From IMG/VR virus record IMGVR_UViG_2645728028_000002, positions 1 to 64,000 of that record: a stretch of DNA of 64,000 nt, one strand, 5' to 3'. This DNA comes from a virus (Duplodnaviria > Caudoviricetes). Below the pieces are notes generated by a model. It was not told the DNA's origin and did no database searches. It saw only the letters and a list, made by a program, of their open reading frames with translations. Shown one piece after another: positions 30,120 through 39,682 of the stretch. The first letter of the stretch is position 1, and each line of letters begins with the position of its first letter. A program made the position numbers and the translations under genes.

Positions 30120-31607
30120 TTAGTTTGAATATCTGCTTTCAAAGTCATTACTAGCAGGGATTAAATTTTCACGCTTACTAGATAATTCTCTGATTACAGG
30201 ATCTTCTGTTTTAGGTTCTTGTGTTACTTCTACTAATTCTACAAGCATAGTATTAAGTTGAAGGATAGCTTGTTTACCTTCTTCTGTTTCATCGATTGAC
30301 TTGGTAATTAATTCTTGAACTTCCTCTGAGTCAAATTTTTCAGCAGCCTTAAGAGCATTAAACTTTTTAGAGTAGAAATCCTTCTTCTCATTTAAAGCTT
30401 TTTCTAATTTCTCTTGCTCTACTTGGTTTCTAAATGGTTTCAACTCTTCAACTTGTGTACTCAAAGTAACCACTTTTTCACTAACTTCATTAAATTGTTT
30501 TTCAACACTTTCTTTTTCAGTTGTAACAGTGTTAAGTTGAGTTTCTAACTCTGTTAGTTTTCCTTCTTTCTCGTTTAACTGAGTTGTCAACTCTTCAACT
30601 TTAGTGCTTTTTTCTTCAAGTTCATTTTGCACAGACTGGAACTGAGAAACCTCAACCCAATCACGCTTAACCATAACCTCTGTCTTCGATTCTAAATCAA
30701 CTGAAATTGCTTCTCCATCTTTTGAATAGTTGAATTTGAAATATTTATCAAATTCATTTCCTTCCGCATAACTATAAACATTCGCTACAAAATAACTTTC
30801 GTATACATCTGAAATCCAAGAGTATTCGTTTTGATTTAATGATGGATCTAGTTGACCATACAATAGAGAACGGATATCACTATGGGAGAGTTCATTGATT
30901 TTTTTAAAGAACTTCATATTCTCTTTCTCCTCCTTATCTTCTTGATTAATTGCTTGCGCAACCAATTTATTAAACTTATTTATTTCATTAAAACTTAGTA
31001 GCTTTGAAGATTCATAAGCAGGCAAAACTAAGCTTTGATCTCCTCTATTTTCACTAGCCAATACTGCATGACCCTCAAAATATATTGGTGAATGATGATA
31101 TTCAATACCGTCCTTTAAGGTGAAATTAGAATATAAGTACTCACAACTAGTATTAATGGTAATCCCACTGTTAAACCATTCCAATAATAGGTCACAGGCA
31201 TCTGAAAATCTAGTCTTCCATAAAACAGCATCAGCTGCCATTACTTCTTTTTCTTCACCATTAATATTAATTGTTAATTCATAGCCCTCAGTGGTGAAAA
31301 CTCCAATTGGTACAGTATCGGATTTAACTGTTAAATTTCCATATCTATCTTCGCCTAAATATTGCTCATGACCACCAAAATTGTCCGTTTTTGTATTTGG
31401 TTCTTCAACCTCATTGTACTTAGCCACAATTGGCTTATTAATAAGTGTTTTACCACCTTCAAGGGCAACATCTTTATCAACTATTACATTGTTACCTGAA
31501 ACATCATAGTCAAGGACTATAAAAGTACAAGGTATAATTGTTGGATCTTCACTTTGCTTAATTTCATTTAGAACCAAATTTAATCTGTGTTTCTTAGTCA
31601 ATTTCAA
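30120..31607 (-). CDS. Prohead protease/scaffold (YonD-like)
   Basis: N-terminal globular domain (FGGHE, TSCE) plus acidic C-terminal coiled coil; follows the portal gene. Confidence 0.7.
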   Translation of the reverse strand: MKLTKKHRLNLVLNEIKQSEDPTIIPCTFIVLDYDVSGNNVIVDKDVALEGGKTLINKPIVAKYNEVEEPNTKTDNFGGHEQYLGEDRYGNLTVKSDTVPIGVFTTEGYELTININGEEKEVMAADAVLWKTRFSDACDLLLEWFNSGITINTSCEYLYSNFTLKDGIEYHHSPIYFEGHAVLASENRGDQSLVLPAYESSKLLSFNEINKFNKLVAQAINQEDKEEKENMKFFKKINELSHSDIRSLLYGQLDPSLNQNEYSWISDVYESYFVANVYSYAEGNEFDKYFKFNYSKDGEAISVDLESKTEVMVKRDWVEVSQFQSVQNELEEKSTKVEELTTQLNEKEGKLTELETQLNTVTTEKESVEKQFNEVSEKVVTLSTQVEELKPFRNQVEQEKLEKALNEKKDFYSKKFNALKAAEKFDSEEVQELITKSIDETEEGKQAILQLNTMLVELVEVTQEPKTEDPVIRELSSKRENLIPASNDFESRYSN

Positions 31608-31637
31608 TTCTCACCTCCTTCAAGCAGACAAATTAAC

Positions 31638-33164
31638 CTACGATGGAGTATTATTACCATCTGTAGTCTTAGATTTAATGGTATTATCATTGTCAGGGTT
31701 TTCGCTGTTTGGTCTACCTGCTTCATCACTATTCAATGTATGACTTGTACGATAAGGCTTAATCTTATCTTGAAGATTAAGAACCTCTGTCTCATACATT
31801 GTTTGTTCAAGGTAAGATTCCCAAGAAACACCTGCAATATTATCAACGACATGTTTAATTGACCAACCCTTATCATTCAATTTAGATAAGATATCAATCT
31901 TTTCTTTATGAGTGAGAGGGGTCTCTTTGTCGTATTCCATTCTAAAGTTGTCTTTTTGATTAGAAGGTAATATTAAATTAAATAATTTTTGATATACTTC
32001 TTGTTCAATATCTTCAAGCATAACTCCTAGACGTTTGTATACAGTGTCAAGGTTTAACTTAGCACTGGCAAAGTTTCCACCAGTACCATTTAATAAAGAT
32101 CCTGATAAACCATATGCAGACTGAATATCTCCATTGATATGCTCAAACTTTTTACCATCTAACCCATCAGTCTGGATATCTGGGAACTCTAATTTTGCGA
32201 AGTCAGGAATTGTTACAACAGTTACACCTTTTTGATTACTCTTTTCTAACGCTGTCTTGACTCCTGTGTGAATTTTTTGTTTTACGGGTTTAGGTAATTT
32301 TAGATTTGTTAAAGAGTCATATTTTTCATTTCCGTTTACACCGACAGTTAACACCGCAACTGCATTTATGATCTTATTTGCAATTGAGTGCTCCACATCT
32401 TTTAGTTTCTTTTTATGTAGTACATCATATAAACCTGCAGTTACCCATGAAGTGCCTAAGCCTTGGTTTCGTTTTAAAGTTCCAGTCCTTAAAACAAATG
32501 TCCTGTCTTGAGGCAGATATTTCAATTTATACTTATCAGGGTCACTAACAAAATTATCATAGTCTTTTTGAGTAATATGAGGTGATAGGTTATCCAATTG
32601 CATTTTACGGTAATCATCCGACATCTTCTTAAACCAATTCATATCAATTACACATAACCATTCTCCGTTTTTTCTGTCAGCTGGGAAAATGTGTTGTATA
32701 TCATCAAAGATGTAAGGGTAAGCATTGGTTTTATCTCCTAACCAAATACCAACCAAAGTTCCTGCCGTAGAAGTTTGTTTTAATAAGTCACGGGTTAATC
32801 GCTTATGCTTAACTCTATGTAAAGTCTTATTAATAGTACCAATGTGTTTATCACCAGTCTTACTCTTTTCAAAGGAATCAAGTTTATAATTTAGGGTTGG
32901 AAGTGATTCGATTAACTCAAAAAGCTGATGAACTTCTCCTGAAGAAATGTAGTAATACTGTGCTAAATCTTCAATTTCCTTCTGAAATTTATCAGGGTTA
33001 GCAAAGTATTCCTTGAGTTTTTCTTTTTCAACTTCATCAATAATTCCATGAGAGAACATTTGAGTAATATAGCCAGAAGCGAATGTTGAAACATAATCTG
33101 AATAGTCATTTACCATCCTTTGGTATTCTTCTGAATCTTGATCAATTTTCACTATATCTGTCAT
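31638..33164 (-). CDS. Portal protein (YonE-like)
   Basis: 508 aa directly after the terminase; GRP-containing C-terminal tail. Confidence 0.75.
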   Translation of the reverse strand: MTDIVKIDQDSEEYQRMVNDYSDYVSTFASGYITQMFSHGIIDEVEKEKLKEYFANPDKFQKEIEDLAQYYYISSGEVHQLFELIESLPTLNYKLDSFEKSKTGDKHIGTINKTLHRVKHKRLTRDLLKQTSTAGTLVGIWLGDKTNAYPYIFDDIQHIFPADRKNGEWLCVIDMNWFKKMSDDYRKMQLDNLSPHITQKDYDNFVSDPDKYKLKYLPQDRTFVLRTGTLKRNQGLGTSWVTAGLYDVLHKKKLKDVEHSIANKIINAVAVLTVGVNGNEKYDSLTNLKLPKPVKQKIHTGVKTALEKSNQKGVTVVTIPDFAKLEFPDIQTDGLDGKKFEHINGDIQSAYGLSGSLLNGTGGNFASAKLNLDTVYKRLGVMLEDIEQEVYQKLFNLILPSNQKDNFRMEYDKETPLTHKEKIDILSKLNDKGWSIKHVVDNIAGVSWESYLEQTMYETEVLNLQDKIKPYRTSHTLNSDEAGRPNSENPDNDNTIKSKTTDGNNTPS

Positions 33165-33196
33165 TATTTCACCTCCTGTTTGTTAGATTATATTAT

Positions 33197-34981
33197 TTAG
33201 AAATAAACTAGTGAATCATCCTCATCATATACTTCCTCAACTTCCTCTTTCTCAAGAAATAGAAAGATATAATACAATGCATATGCTAATGCAGAGTATC
33301 TATCTTTATCGATTTTCTTTAAAACTTGCTTAACTGTTATAGATTTTTGAGTTGATTCTAATTTTAAATTTGAGATTTCGTCAATTAGATATTGAGTGTG
33401 GATTCTAGCTTTATCTTCTTCTAAATTTACATTTGAATTGACTGACTTTCCTTTAATTTCATCATTGATTTTAAGTAATTTTAATTTTTCTGTTTCTACA
33501 TAATCGATAAATGTACGGATGATCTCACCGTTGATACCTTGTGCAGTTAAATCATAGACTACTTCTATCGCTGGAGTTACATCTGGTTTTTGATCGGTAT
33601 TAATTGTATCAAAACAACCAAGTTCCTCATTCGTATCAGGGTCAGTCAAATCTTCCAGTAGCCTGTCTATTAAGCCTTTACCTATAACGTTACCATCCAC
33701 AACGATAGCTTTAACCCTTGATTTAAGGATGTCTGAATGTCCACCATAAGCATAAAACAATCTTTTGACAATTAAACTTTGTTCCTTAAAGCTAAGACCA
33801 TTAGGTGGCTCAACAATGTTTACAGCTTGAATTTGTCTTATTGTCCCAGTTTTATTCCTAATTATCTTCAAAACGACAATAGCTGTTTTATTATTGCTTT
33901 GAGAGTTACTTCTAGCAACGTCAACTCCGAATATATACTCATTTAGTTCGAAGTTGCCACGTTTGTCTTTAGGACAGTTTAATTCAGGCTTATCTAAAGT
34001 TCTTATCTTTAGCAACTTTGATATATTAACAAGTGCACCATCAGTTGCACCAACCCACTTACTTTCATAGTTCATGGCAAAAGCAGTGGCAGATGTAGTA
34101 GGATCATTCTTCTTAGCTAATAACTGATTTCTTGTCTCTCCACGACCATAGTGACAAGGTAATTCCCAACTTGCACCTAGAACCATTTTACCTTTTAGGT
34201 TAGCTGTTTCTTTGATCATGTTCAGAATTCTGTTAAATTCATCTGAACCTCTGTAGCCTGATGTGGTTACGAAGTTAATCATCCCGTTCAGTTCAAATGG
34301 ACTTATTACCGACATTTCCCCAATAGTTCTTCGTGGTACGTTTACTACAGGCTCAAGAGCATCTTTAAATAATTCATTATTTAATAATGCAGATTCTTCA
34401 ATATTTAATCTGTGTCTACGTTGACCTTTGGTGCTTTGTGCATTTGCTAAGATCGAATAAGTAGCTCCTGATTTAAAAATTACTTCAGCATTATCTTTAG
34501 AGAAACTGGCTTTGACTATTTCGTTTTGAAGTAGTGGGAATTTTTTAACCAGTTCTTTATGTTTATCCTCGCTTATTGATGCAGCGTTTTCTTTAGTCTG
34601 AGCTGACATAGCAATGTTAATGTCCGCAAAAAAGATACAAGAGTGATAAATAGACATTAATTCAATCATGGTTTTACCAAATCCACGAGGGAAAACTCCA
34701 TATGTGCTTATGAATCTACTCATACATCGTAAAAAGACTCGCTGATCCAAATCTAATCTCATTCCACCTTTTTCTGGCTTAATGAGGTCATAAAATAAAT
34801 CAGGAAACCATCTAGCCCATTGTAAAAACTCAACCCATGATTCAAAATTTTCATCAAAACTATCCTTTTTTAAATCACTTACCTTTACTTGACTATTAAA
34901 TGCTGGATTATCGGCTATCGTTCTCGAAGATTCCCTTGAGTATTTGAAATTGTCATCTTGAAAATGTTTATAACTACTCAT
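33197..34981 (-). CDS. Terminase large subunit (YonF-like)
   Basis: Walker A PRGFGKT, Walker B LNIEES, nuclease motifs GVDVAR and KDRYSA. Confidence 0.9.
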   Translation of the reverse strand: MSSYKHFQDDNFKYSRESSRTIADNPAFNSQVKVSDLKKDSFDENFESWVEFLQWARWFPDLFYDLIKPEKGGMRLDLDQRVFLRCMSRFISTYGVFPRGFGKTMIELMSIYHSCIFFADINIAMSAQTKENAASISEDKHKELVKKFPLLQNEIVKASFSKDNAEVIFKSGATYSILANAQSTKGQRRHRLNIEESALLNNELFKDALEPVVNVPRRTIGEMSVISPFELNGMINFVTTSGYRGSDEFNRILNMIKETANLKGKMVLGASWELPCHYGRGETRNQLLAKKNDPTTSATAFAMNYESKWVGATDGALVNISKLLKIRTLDKPELNCPKDKRGNFELNEYIFGVDVARSNSQSNNKTAIVVLKIIRNKTGTIRQIQAVNIVEPPNGLSFKEQSLIVKRLFYAYGGHSDILKSRVKAIVVDGNVIGKGLIDRLLEDLTDPDTNEELGCFDTINTDQKPDVTPAIEVVYDLTAQGINGEIIRTFIDYVETEKLKLLKINDEIKGKSVNSNVNLEEDKARIHTQYLIDEISNLKLESTQKSITVKQVLKKIDKDRYSALAYALYYIFLFLEKEEVEEVYDEDDSLVYF

Positions 34982-35900
34982 CTTCTTCAATCACCTGCAT
35001 CTCAGGAGATGAGTCTAATTCTTGGGACTCATAATCTTGTTTTCTCACTTCATAAAAGTTATAAATATCTTTATACTCTGCTTTGGGTAATCCTTCAAGA
35101 TCACGTATGTAGTTAACGTAAAGCCATAAAGTAACATCAACTTTATCTTTGGGTTGCTCTGTAAACTTTGGTAGTAGAGGAATTATATCTCGATGTTCTT
35201 CAACCATTCTGGACAATTGACCAAAACCATCTAAGCCTTTTGATAAGTCAGCTTTACTCATTTGAGAAGGTTTTAATTTTCCTGCTTCTGCAGCTTCTTT
35301 TGCCATTATCGACCATTCTTTTGCCTCTTTGAATTCACCTTTTGATTTGGCTAATGTCTCTTTAACTTTATTAACGCAATACTCACGTAAATATTCTTCA
35401 TGCATTGTTGTTGGAAGCTGAAAACTTGGTTTTAACTTCCTGAATTTCTTTTCAAAAAGTATATATTCTTCATCAGGATAACCATGCCCATATATTTCTT
35501 TTAACTCTTTCAATTCATCTAAGGGAACATCGATATTTACATTATTAGTGTTAGAAATAGGTTCTTTTATTTCTAATGATTGTTTCGATTCATTTTCAAA
35601 CATACTATCTGCCCATGTCATGTGTCTGAAATCTTTCATACTGATTAACTTAAAATATTCACCTACAGGATTACTGTGGCTTAACGCAGTATCCCAAAGG
35701 TGAGAAACAAAAGCCTTATCCAGCATTCGCAGCGTATTTTTTACACTTTCTAAATCCCTGATGTCAGTCATATCTCTTACACAGAGTTTGCAAACTCTTA
35801 ATCTTTCATCAGCGTCTAATATTGCATATGACTTATAGAAATCTTCAAGTCTTTTTTCTTTTTGACATTTAGAACAGATCTTTTTCGTTACTTTAGTCAT
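34974..35900 (-). CDS. Putative terminase small subunit (YonG-like)
   Basis: N-terminal CxxC...CxxC; overlaps the TerL start. Confidence 0.55.
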   Translation of the reverse strand: MTKVTKKICSKCQKEKRLEDFYKSYAILDADERLRVCKLCVRDMTDIRDLESVKNTLRMLDKAFVSHLWDTALSHSNPVGEYFKLISMKDFRHMTWADSMFENESKQSLEIKEPISNTNNVNIDVPLDELKELKEIYGHGYPDEEYILFEKKFRKLKPSFQLPTTMHEEYLREYCVNKVKETLAKSKGEFKEAKEWSIMAKEAAEAGKLKPSQMSKADLSKGLDGFGQLSRMVEEHRDIIPLLPKFTEQPKDKVDVTLWLYVNYIRDLEGLPKAEYKDIYNFYEVRKQDYESQELDSSPEMQVIEEDE

Positions 35901-36015
35901 TATGATTCACCTCATTGTTTTTTCGACATTGAAAAAACCTCTTATTCAACGCTCACTTAATCTTAGAAAAAGTGAACGCTGTGTAAGAAGTTCTTGATAA
36001 AATCAGTATTTTAAA

Positions 36016-36279
36016 TTACTCTTCATCTTCAAAATCAGAAGCTTCGGACATTTCCATTTCATGAAGATTCTCTAATTCTTGTAGACTCTGTTTAGCAGAA
36101 TCAATTAGGAATTGTTTACATGACCAACGATTAATCTCTGTGAAGAAGTCCCAAAGAATTTCCTCTAACGGGATATTTCTTTCGAGGTTGTAGTGGATCA
36201 TCTCAACATAGTCCTCAATCATTTCTTCTGGAGTTTCATCGTTTTCTGGCACAATCATTACATTTGGATAATTTTCCAT
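36016..36279 (-). CDS. Hypothetical acidic protein
   Basis: 87 aa, GGGAGG RBS, very D/E-rich. Confidence 0.6.
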   Translation of the reverse strand: MENYPNVMIVPENDETPEEMIEDYVEMIHYNLERNIPLEEILWDFFTEINRWSCKQFLIDSAKQSLQELENLHEMEMSEASDFEDEE

Positions 36280-36346
36280 TTAATAACCTCCCATATTTGG
36301 AAGGAAGCGCATGGTTAAACCATGATACCCGCTGTATAATATTTGA

Positions 36347-37570
36347 TTATTTTAGTTTAAAATCAAAAACAGTTGTTCTTCCTAATCCTCTTTCAAATAC
36401 CATCATGTTTGCACCAGCATTAGCTGTCTTTTTCAACTTAACGCTATACTCATCAATTCCACAAATTGAAGGGGCTTGATAGAACTCAACATTTTGCAAA
36501 CCGTCCATTCCAATTGTTTTATTATGTGTGTTATGCAAGTGACCTGTTTTAAGCATATGTATTTGTTTACCATAAACATTAACATAATCTTTAATTGAGT
36601 TTTCAAGGTTCTTTTCATCTTGCCCATGTGTGGCAAGAATTTTAGTACCAACAACATCTACATAAACAAATGCTTTATTATCATGAATAGTGATATTTGG
36701 GTTATCTTTAAGATCTTTCTTAAGAAGCAATGTGATAATTCTCTCCATGTTTTCATGAGGGAAATCACCTTTACTTGAACCTAAAGGTCTAATTTCCATG
36801 TGATTACCTTGGCAAGAATGGTAATCAATATATGTATAATTAGATAGTTCATTTAACCAAGTAGCCATGAAATCCGCATATCCAACGGCTGAATCAAGTA
36901 TGCCAAGTTGAAGTATTTGTAATTGAGACATTCTTAAAATTCCATCAATACTATCCGATAAATTGAAGAGATGTAAATGTTTAATTTTTTCTTTTTCGAT
37001 TCTTGTGATTAATTGATTTAATAGATTCCACATACGTCTTTCAAAGATTTCAACGCTGTACTCATTGATAATTTCATCATCAAAACCACGAATAACCACT
37101 TTCTTACCATAGTGACTATCTGCAATGTCAACAGTATACCCAATATCGCTTACAGTTCTTTCAATTCGATACTTTGGAACTTGAATTCTTGGACGATTCT
37201 CAACTGCTAAAATAAGTTTTTCATAGAAATTCTCTGAACGACCTTGTTCACGAATCCATCTATTAATCTCATTTTTCTCTGCTTGAAGTTTAACTCTTTC
37301 TTTCTGCAGTTCTAATTTTTTCTGAGTTAACTTATCTAGGAATTCATCATCCTCAACAGACTCCAATTGTTTATTATCAATGTTCTCAGACATTTCTTTA
37401 TATGCATAAGATAATTTCCTTAGATGATCAGGCGAACACTCAAGCTTCAGTAAGTCGATTATCTCCGACCAATCTAAATCAATTTCTTTATTTAATTTTG
37501 CAATACAGAGTCTAACCTTATAGTCGAATTCGGATTCACTGTCACGTTTAGTTAGAATAGGGTTAGTCAT
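36347..37570 (-). CDS. yonJ: Calcineurin-like metallophosphoesterase
   Basis: ADSHYG, SDSIDG, GNH, THG and GHLH motifs; synteny with SPbeta. Confidence 0.8.
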   Translation of the reverse strand: MTNPILTKRDSESEFDYKVRLCIAKLNKEIDLDWSEIIDLLKLECSPDHLRKLSYAYKEMSENIDNKQLESVEDDEFLDKLTQKKLELQKERVKLQAEKNEINRWIREQGRSENFYEKLILAVENRPRIQVPKYRIERTVSDIGYTVDIADSHYGKKVVIRGFDDEIINEYSVEIFERRMWNLLNQLITRIEKEKIKHLHLFNLSDSIDGILRMSQLQILQLGILDSAVGYADFMATWLNELSNYTYIDYHSCQGNHMEIRPLGSSKGDFPHENMERIITLLLKKDLKDNPNITIHDNKAFVYVDVVGTKILATHGQDEKNLENSIKDYVNVYGKQIHMLKTGHLHNTHNKTIGMDGLQNVEFYQAPSICGIDEYSVKLKKTANAGANMMVFERGLGRTTVFDFKLK

Positions 37571-37578
37571 TCAATCAC

Positions 37579-37788
37579 CTACTCTTGTACAGAAGGAGTC
37601 AGGTTAACAGATTCTTTAATTGTGATACTAAAGCGTCTATCTTCTCCTTGTAACTGTTCAATAATATCAGAAAGAGTATAAGTTTTAATTTCTTCATCGT
37701 TCTTTTTGGTCGGGTACTCTACAATCTCGTTGTCCTCTAATGAAATTGTGCAATTGCTAAATGAAATAGAAAAATCTTTCTTAGCCAT
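37579..37788 (-). CDS. yonK: YonK-family protein
   Basis: 69 aa, MAKK..SISF...I.E.TK...KTY.L...SITIKE pattern; directly upstream of yonJ. Confidence 0.75.
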   Translation of the reverse strand: MAKKDFSISFSNCTISLEDNEIVEYPTKKNDEEIKTYTLSDIIEQLQGEDRRFSITIKESVNLTPSVQE

Positions 37789-37815
37789 ATTGTAAATCTC
37801 CTCCTTGAATTCCTT

Positions 37816-37959
37816 TTATCCTTTTTTTATTCCTAGTTCACTTTCAATTGAAAAGATGGCTGCTGCTATTTCTTTATGATAATTTCCTTCTAGTCTAGAA
37901 AGAGTGCTCAAGTAATCAACTAAAATTCTCAATTTGTCTTCATTCATCTTCATCGTCAT
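37816..37959 (-). CDS. Small hypothetical protein (47 aa, not in ORF track)
   Basis: GGAGG RBS; MTMKMNEDKLRILVDYLSTLSRLEGNYHKEIAAAIFSIESELGIKKG. Confidence 0.5.
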   Translation of the reverse strand: MTMKMNEDKLRILVDYLSTLSRLEGNYHKEIAAAIFSIESELGIKKG

Positions 37960-38026
37960 CGTCCTCCAAAATTTTTATTGTGAGAGTATGACGCTGCTAT
38001 GTGGTATAGTGTTTGTCATACCATCC

Positions 38027-39247
38027 TTACATTTTATCTGCAATATCTGCCAAACGACTTCGCCATACATTTTGCAGTTCAATTTCACCGTACAATTCAG
38101 TTCCTCTGAAAACCTCGCTCATTCGCTTCATTCCATTGTCAGTGATATATACATCTTTATCTACTTGTTGGTGATAGTCACCGTCCACTATTACTTTTGA
38201 ACCTTCTCCAACCCTCTGCAAACCTAGTTTCATGAGTTCTTTTGTTAAGTTTTGGGCTTCCAATATCCAAGCGATTGTTTTATCACCTGTGTCAAAACCA
38301 CGTAAATCCACAAATGGCAATATATCCAATGTTCCATCTTGAATTTGTCTTGTAATTTCAACTTCATCGCCAAATTTTGCTTTTAACATTGTTCCTACTG
38401 ATGATTGAAGTAATTTTTCTAACTTATCTCCTTTGTAGAAACCTAACTCTTGCGCATGTAGTGATGGTACTGGATTAACGAAGATTACTAATTTATAACC
38501 TTTCTTTTCTACTAAATACCATGCAGTATTCAATGCAATTAATGATTTTCCACTGCCAGCCCGACCTCGAAGAGAAGTGATCTGATTATTTAATATACTA
38601 TCTACTGCCATTATCTGCTGTTCATCACGAGGGACAAAATCATCAAATTGAAATGTTTTAAAGCCTCTCCCTAATTTTCCCTTACTATCACGAAGAGACA
38701 CTAAAAACTCACCATTCCATTTTAAGATATCAAGTAATTCACCATTATCCTTATCATTAAGGATAATGTACTCATTTGTAATTAAATTAAACTGATTCAC
38801 TCCAAGATTTTGATGAATAATTTGCAATTCATCCTTAGAAATTGACTTTTCTAAGAAACCTTTGTAGTCAGTGAAATTTGATTGTTCAATATTTTTAAAA
38901 GGAATATTAAATTGACGACATTTTCTTCTAAGTAGTCTATCATTAGTTATAATGCCTAATCCCTCATCATGCGCAACTTGCAATAAAATGTTGTCAGTGT
39001 ATTGAGGATCAAGTTCATCATCTAAGGTGAATTTATAGTCTTTGAGATTCACATAGGTATTATTAGTTTCATCACATTTCTTTTTAAATCTTCTAATTTG
39101 CCACTGCAAAGTTCTATCTTGTTTCCGAGTCAATTCTAAATGTTCAATTTCTCTATTTACGTGAGAAGGTATTATCACATCATATTCATCTAATACTTCA
39201 GGATTATTTAGAAGTACATTAGTATCGACAATCCATTTATTAGTCAT
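38027..39247 (-). CDS. phoH: PIN domain plus PhoH-family ATPase
   Basis: IVDTNVLL PIN start, TND; Walker A GRAGSGKS, ELGFYKG, LRG, EAQN, GDYHQ; start refined to ATG 39247. Confidence 0.9.
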   Translation of the reverse strand: MTNKWIVDTNVLLNNPEVLDEYDVIIPSHVNREIEHLELTRKQDRTLQWQIRRFKKKCDETNNTYVNLKDYKFTLDDELDPQYTDNILLQVAHDEGLGIITNDRLLRRKCRQFNIPFKNIEQSNFTDYKGFLEKSISKDELQIIHQNLGVNQFNLITNEYIILNDKDNGELLDILKWNGEFLVSLRDSKGKLGRGFKTFQFDDFVPRDEQQIMAVDSILNNQITSLRGRAGSGKSLIALNTAWYLVEKKGYKLVIFVNPVPSLHAQELGFYKGDKLEKLLQSSVGTMLKAKFGDEVEITRQIQDGTLDILPFVDLRGFDTGDKTIAWILEAQNLTKELMKLGLQRVGEGSKVIVDGDYHQQVDKDVYITDNGMKRMSEVFRGTELYGEIELQNVWRSRLADIADKM

Positions 39248-39378
39248 ATAATATCCCCTTAATTTATATTTGGTACTTCCAAGACAGGGAGTGATGCGAG
39301 GGGTAGTGATGACCTGTCTTTTATTGCAAAAAAATAGAGCAGAATAAACCACTCTTAAATTTATGTATATTAGATTAA

Positions 39379-39498
39379 TTATTCTTTAATAAAATATTTA
39401 TTGGAGGTAGTGTGAACAACTCCAGATTTGTCAAAGTATATGTAAACTTTCTGATTATCCTTTTCAGTTAACTCCTTGTGGTTTTCCTTTTGATTCAT
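39379..39498 (-). CDS. Small hypothetical protein (39 aa, not in ORF track)
   Basis: GAGGAGG RBS; MNQKENHKELTEKDNQKVYIYFDKSGVVHTTSNKYFIKE. Confidence 0.45.
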   Translation of the reverse strand: MNQKENHKELTEKDNQKVYIYFDKSGVVHTTSNKYFIKE

Positions 39499-39682
39499 GA
39501 CACACTCATTCCTCCTCGATATCCTTTTGTTTGATTATTTAATAAATAAAGAGGGGGAGGTCAACTCTTAAACTTGTACATTAGTATTTTCCTTCCTTAA
39601 GTGGGGATTAACGTTTTTAGAATTTAAAACCTTAATAACCCCTTATATACCAACACTTTCAGAAGATTTTACTGAGAAAATG

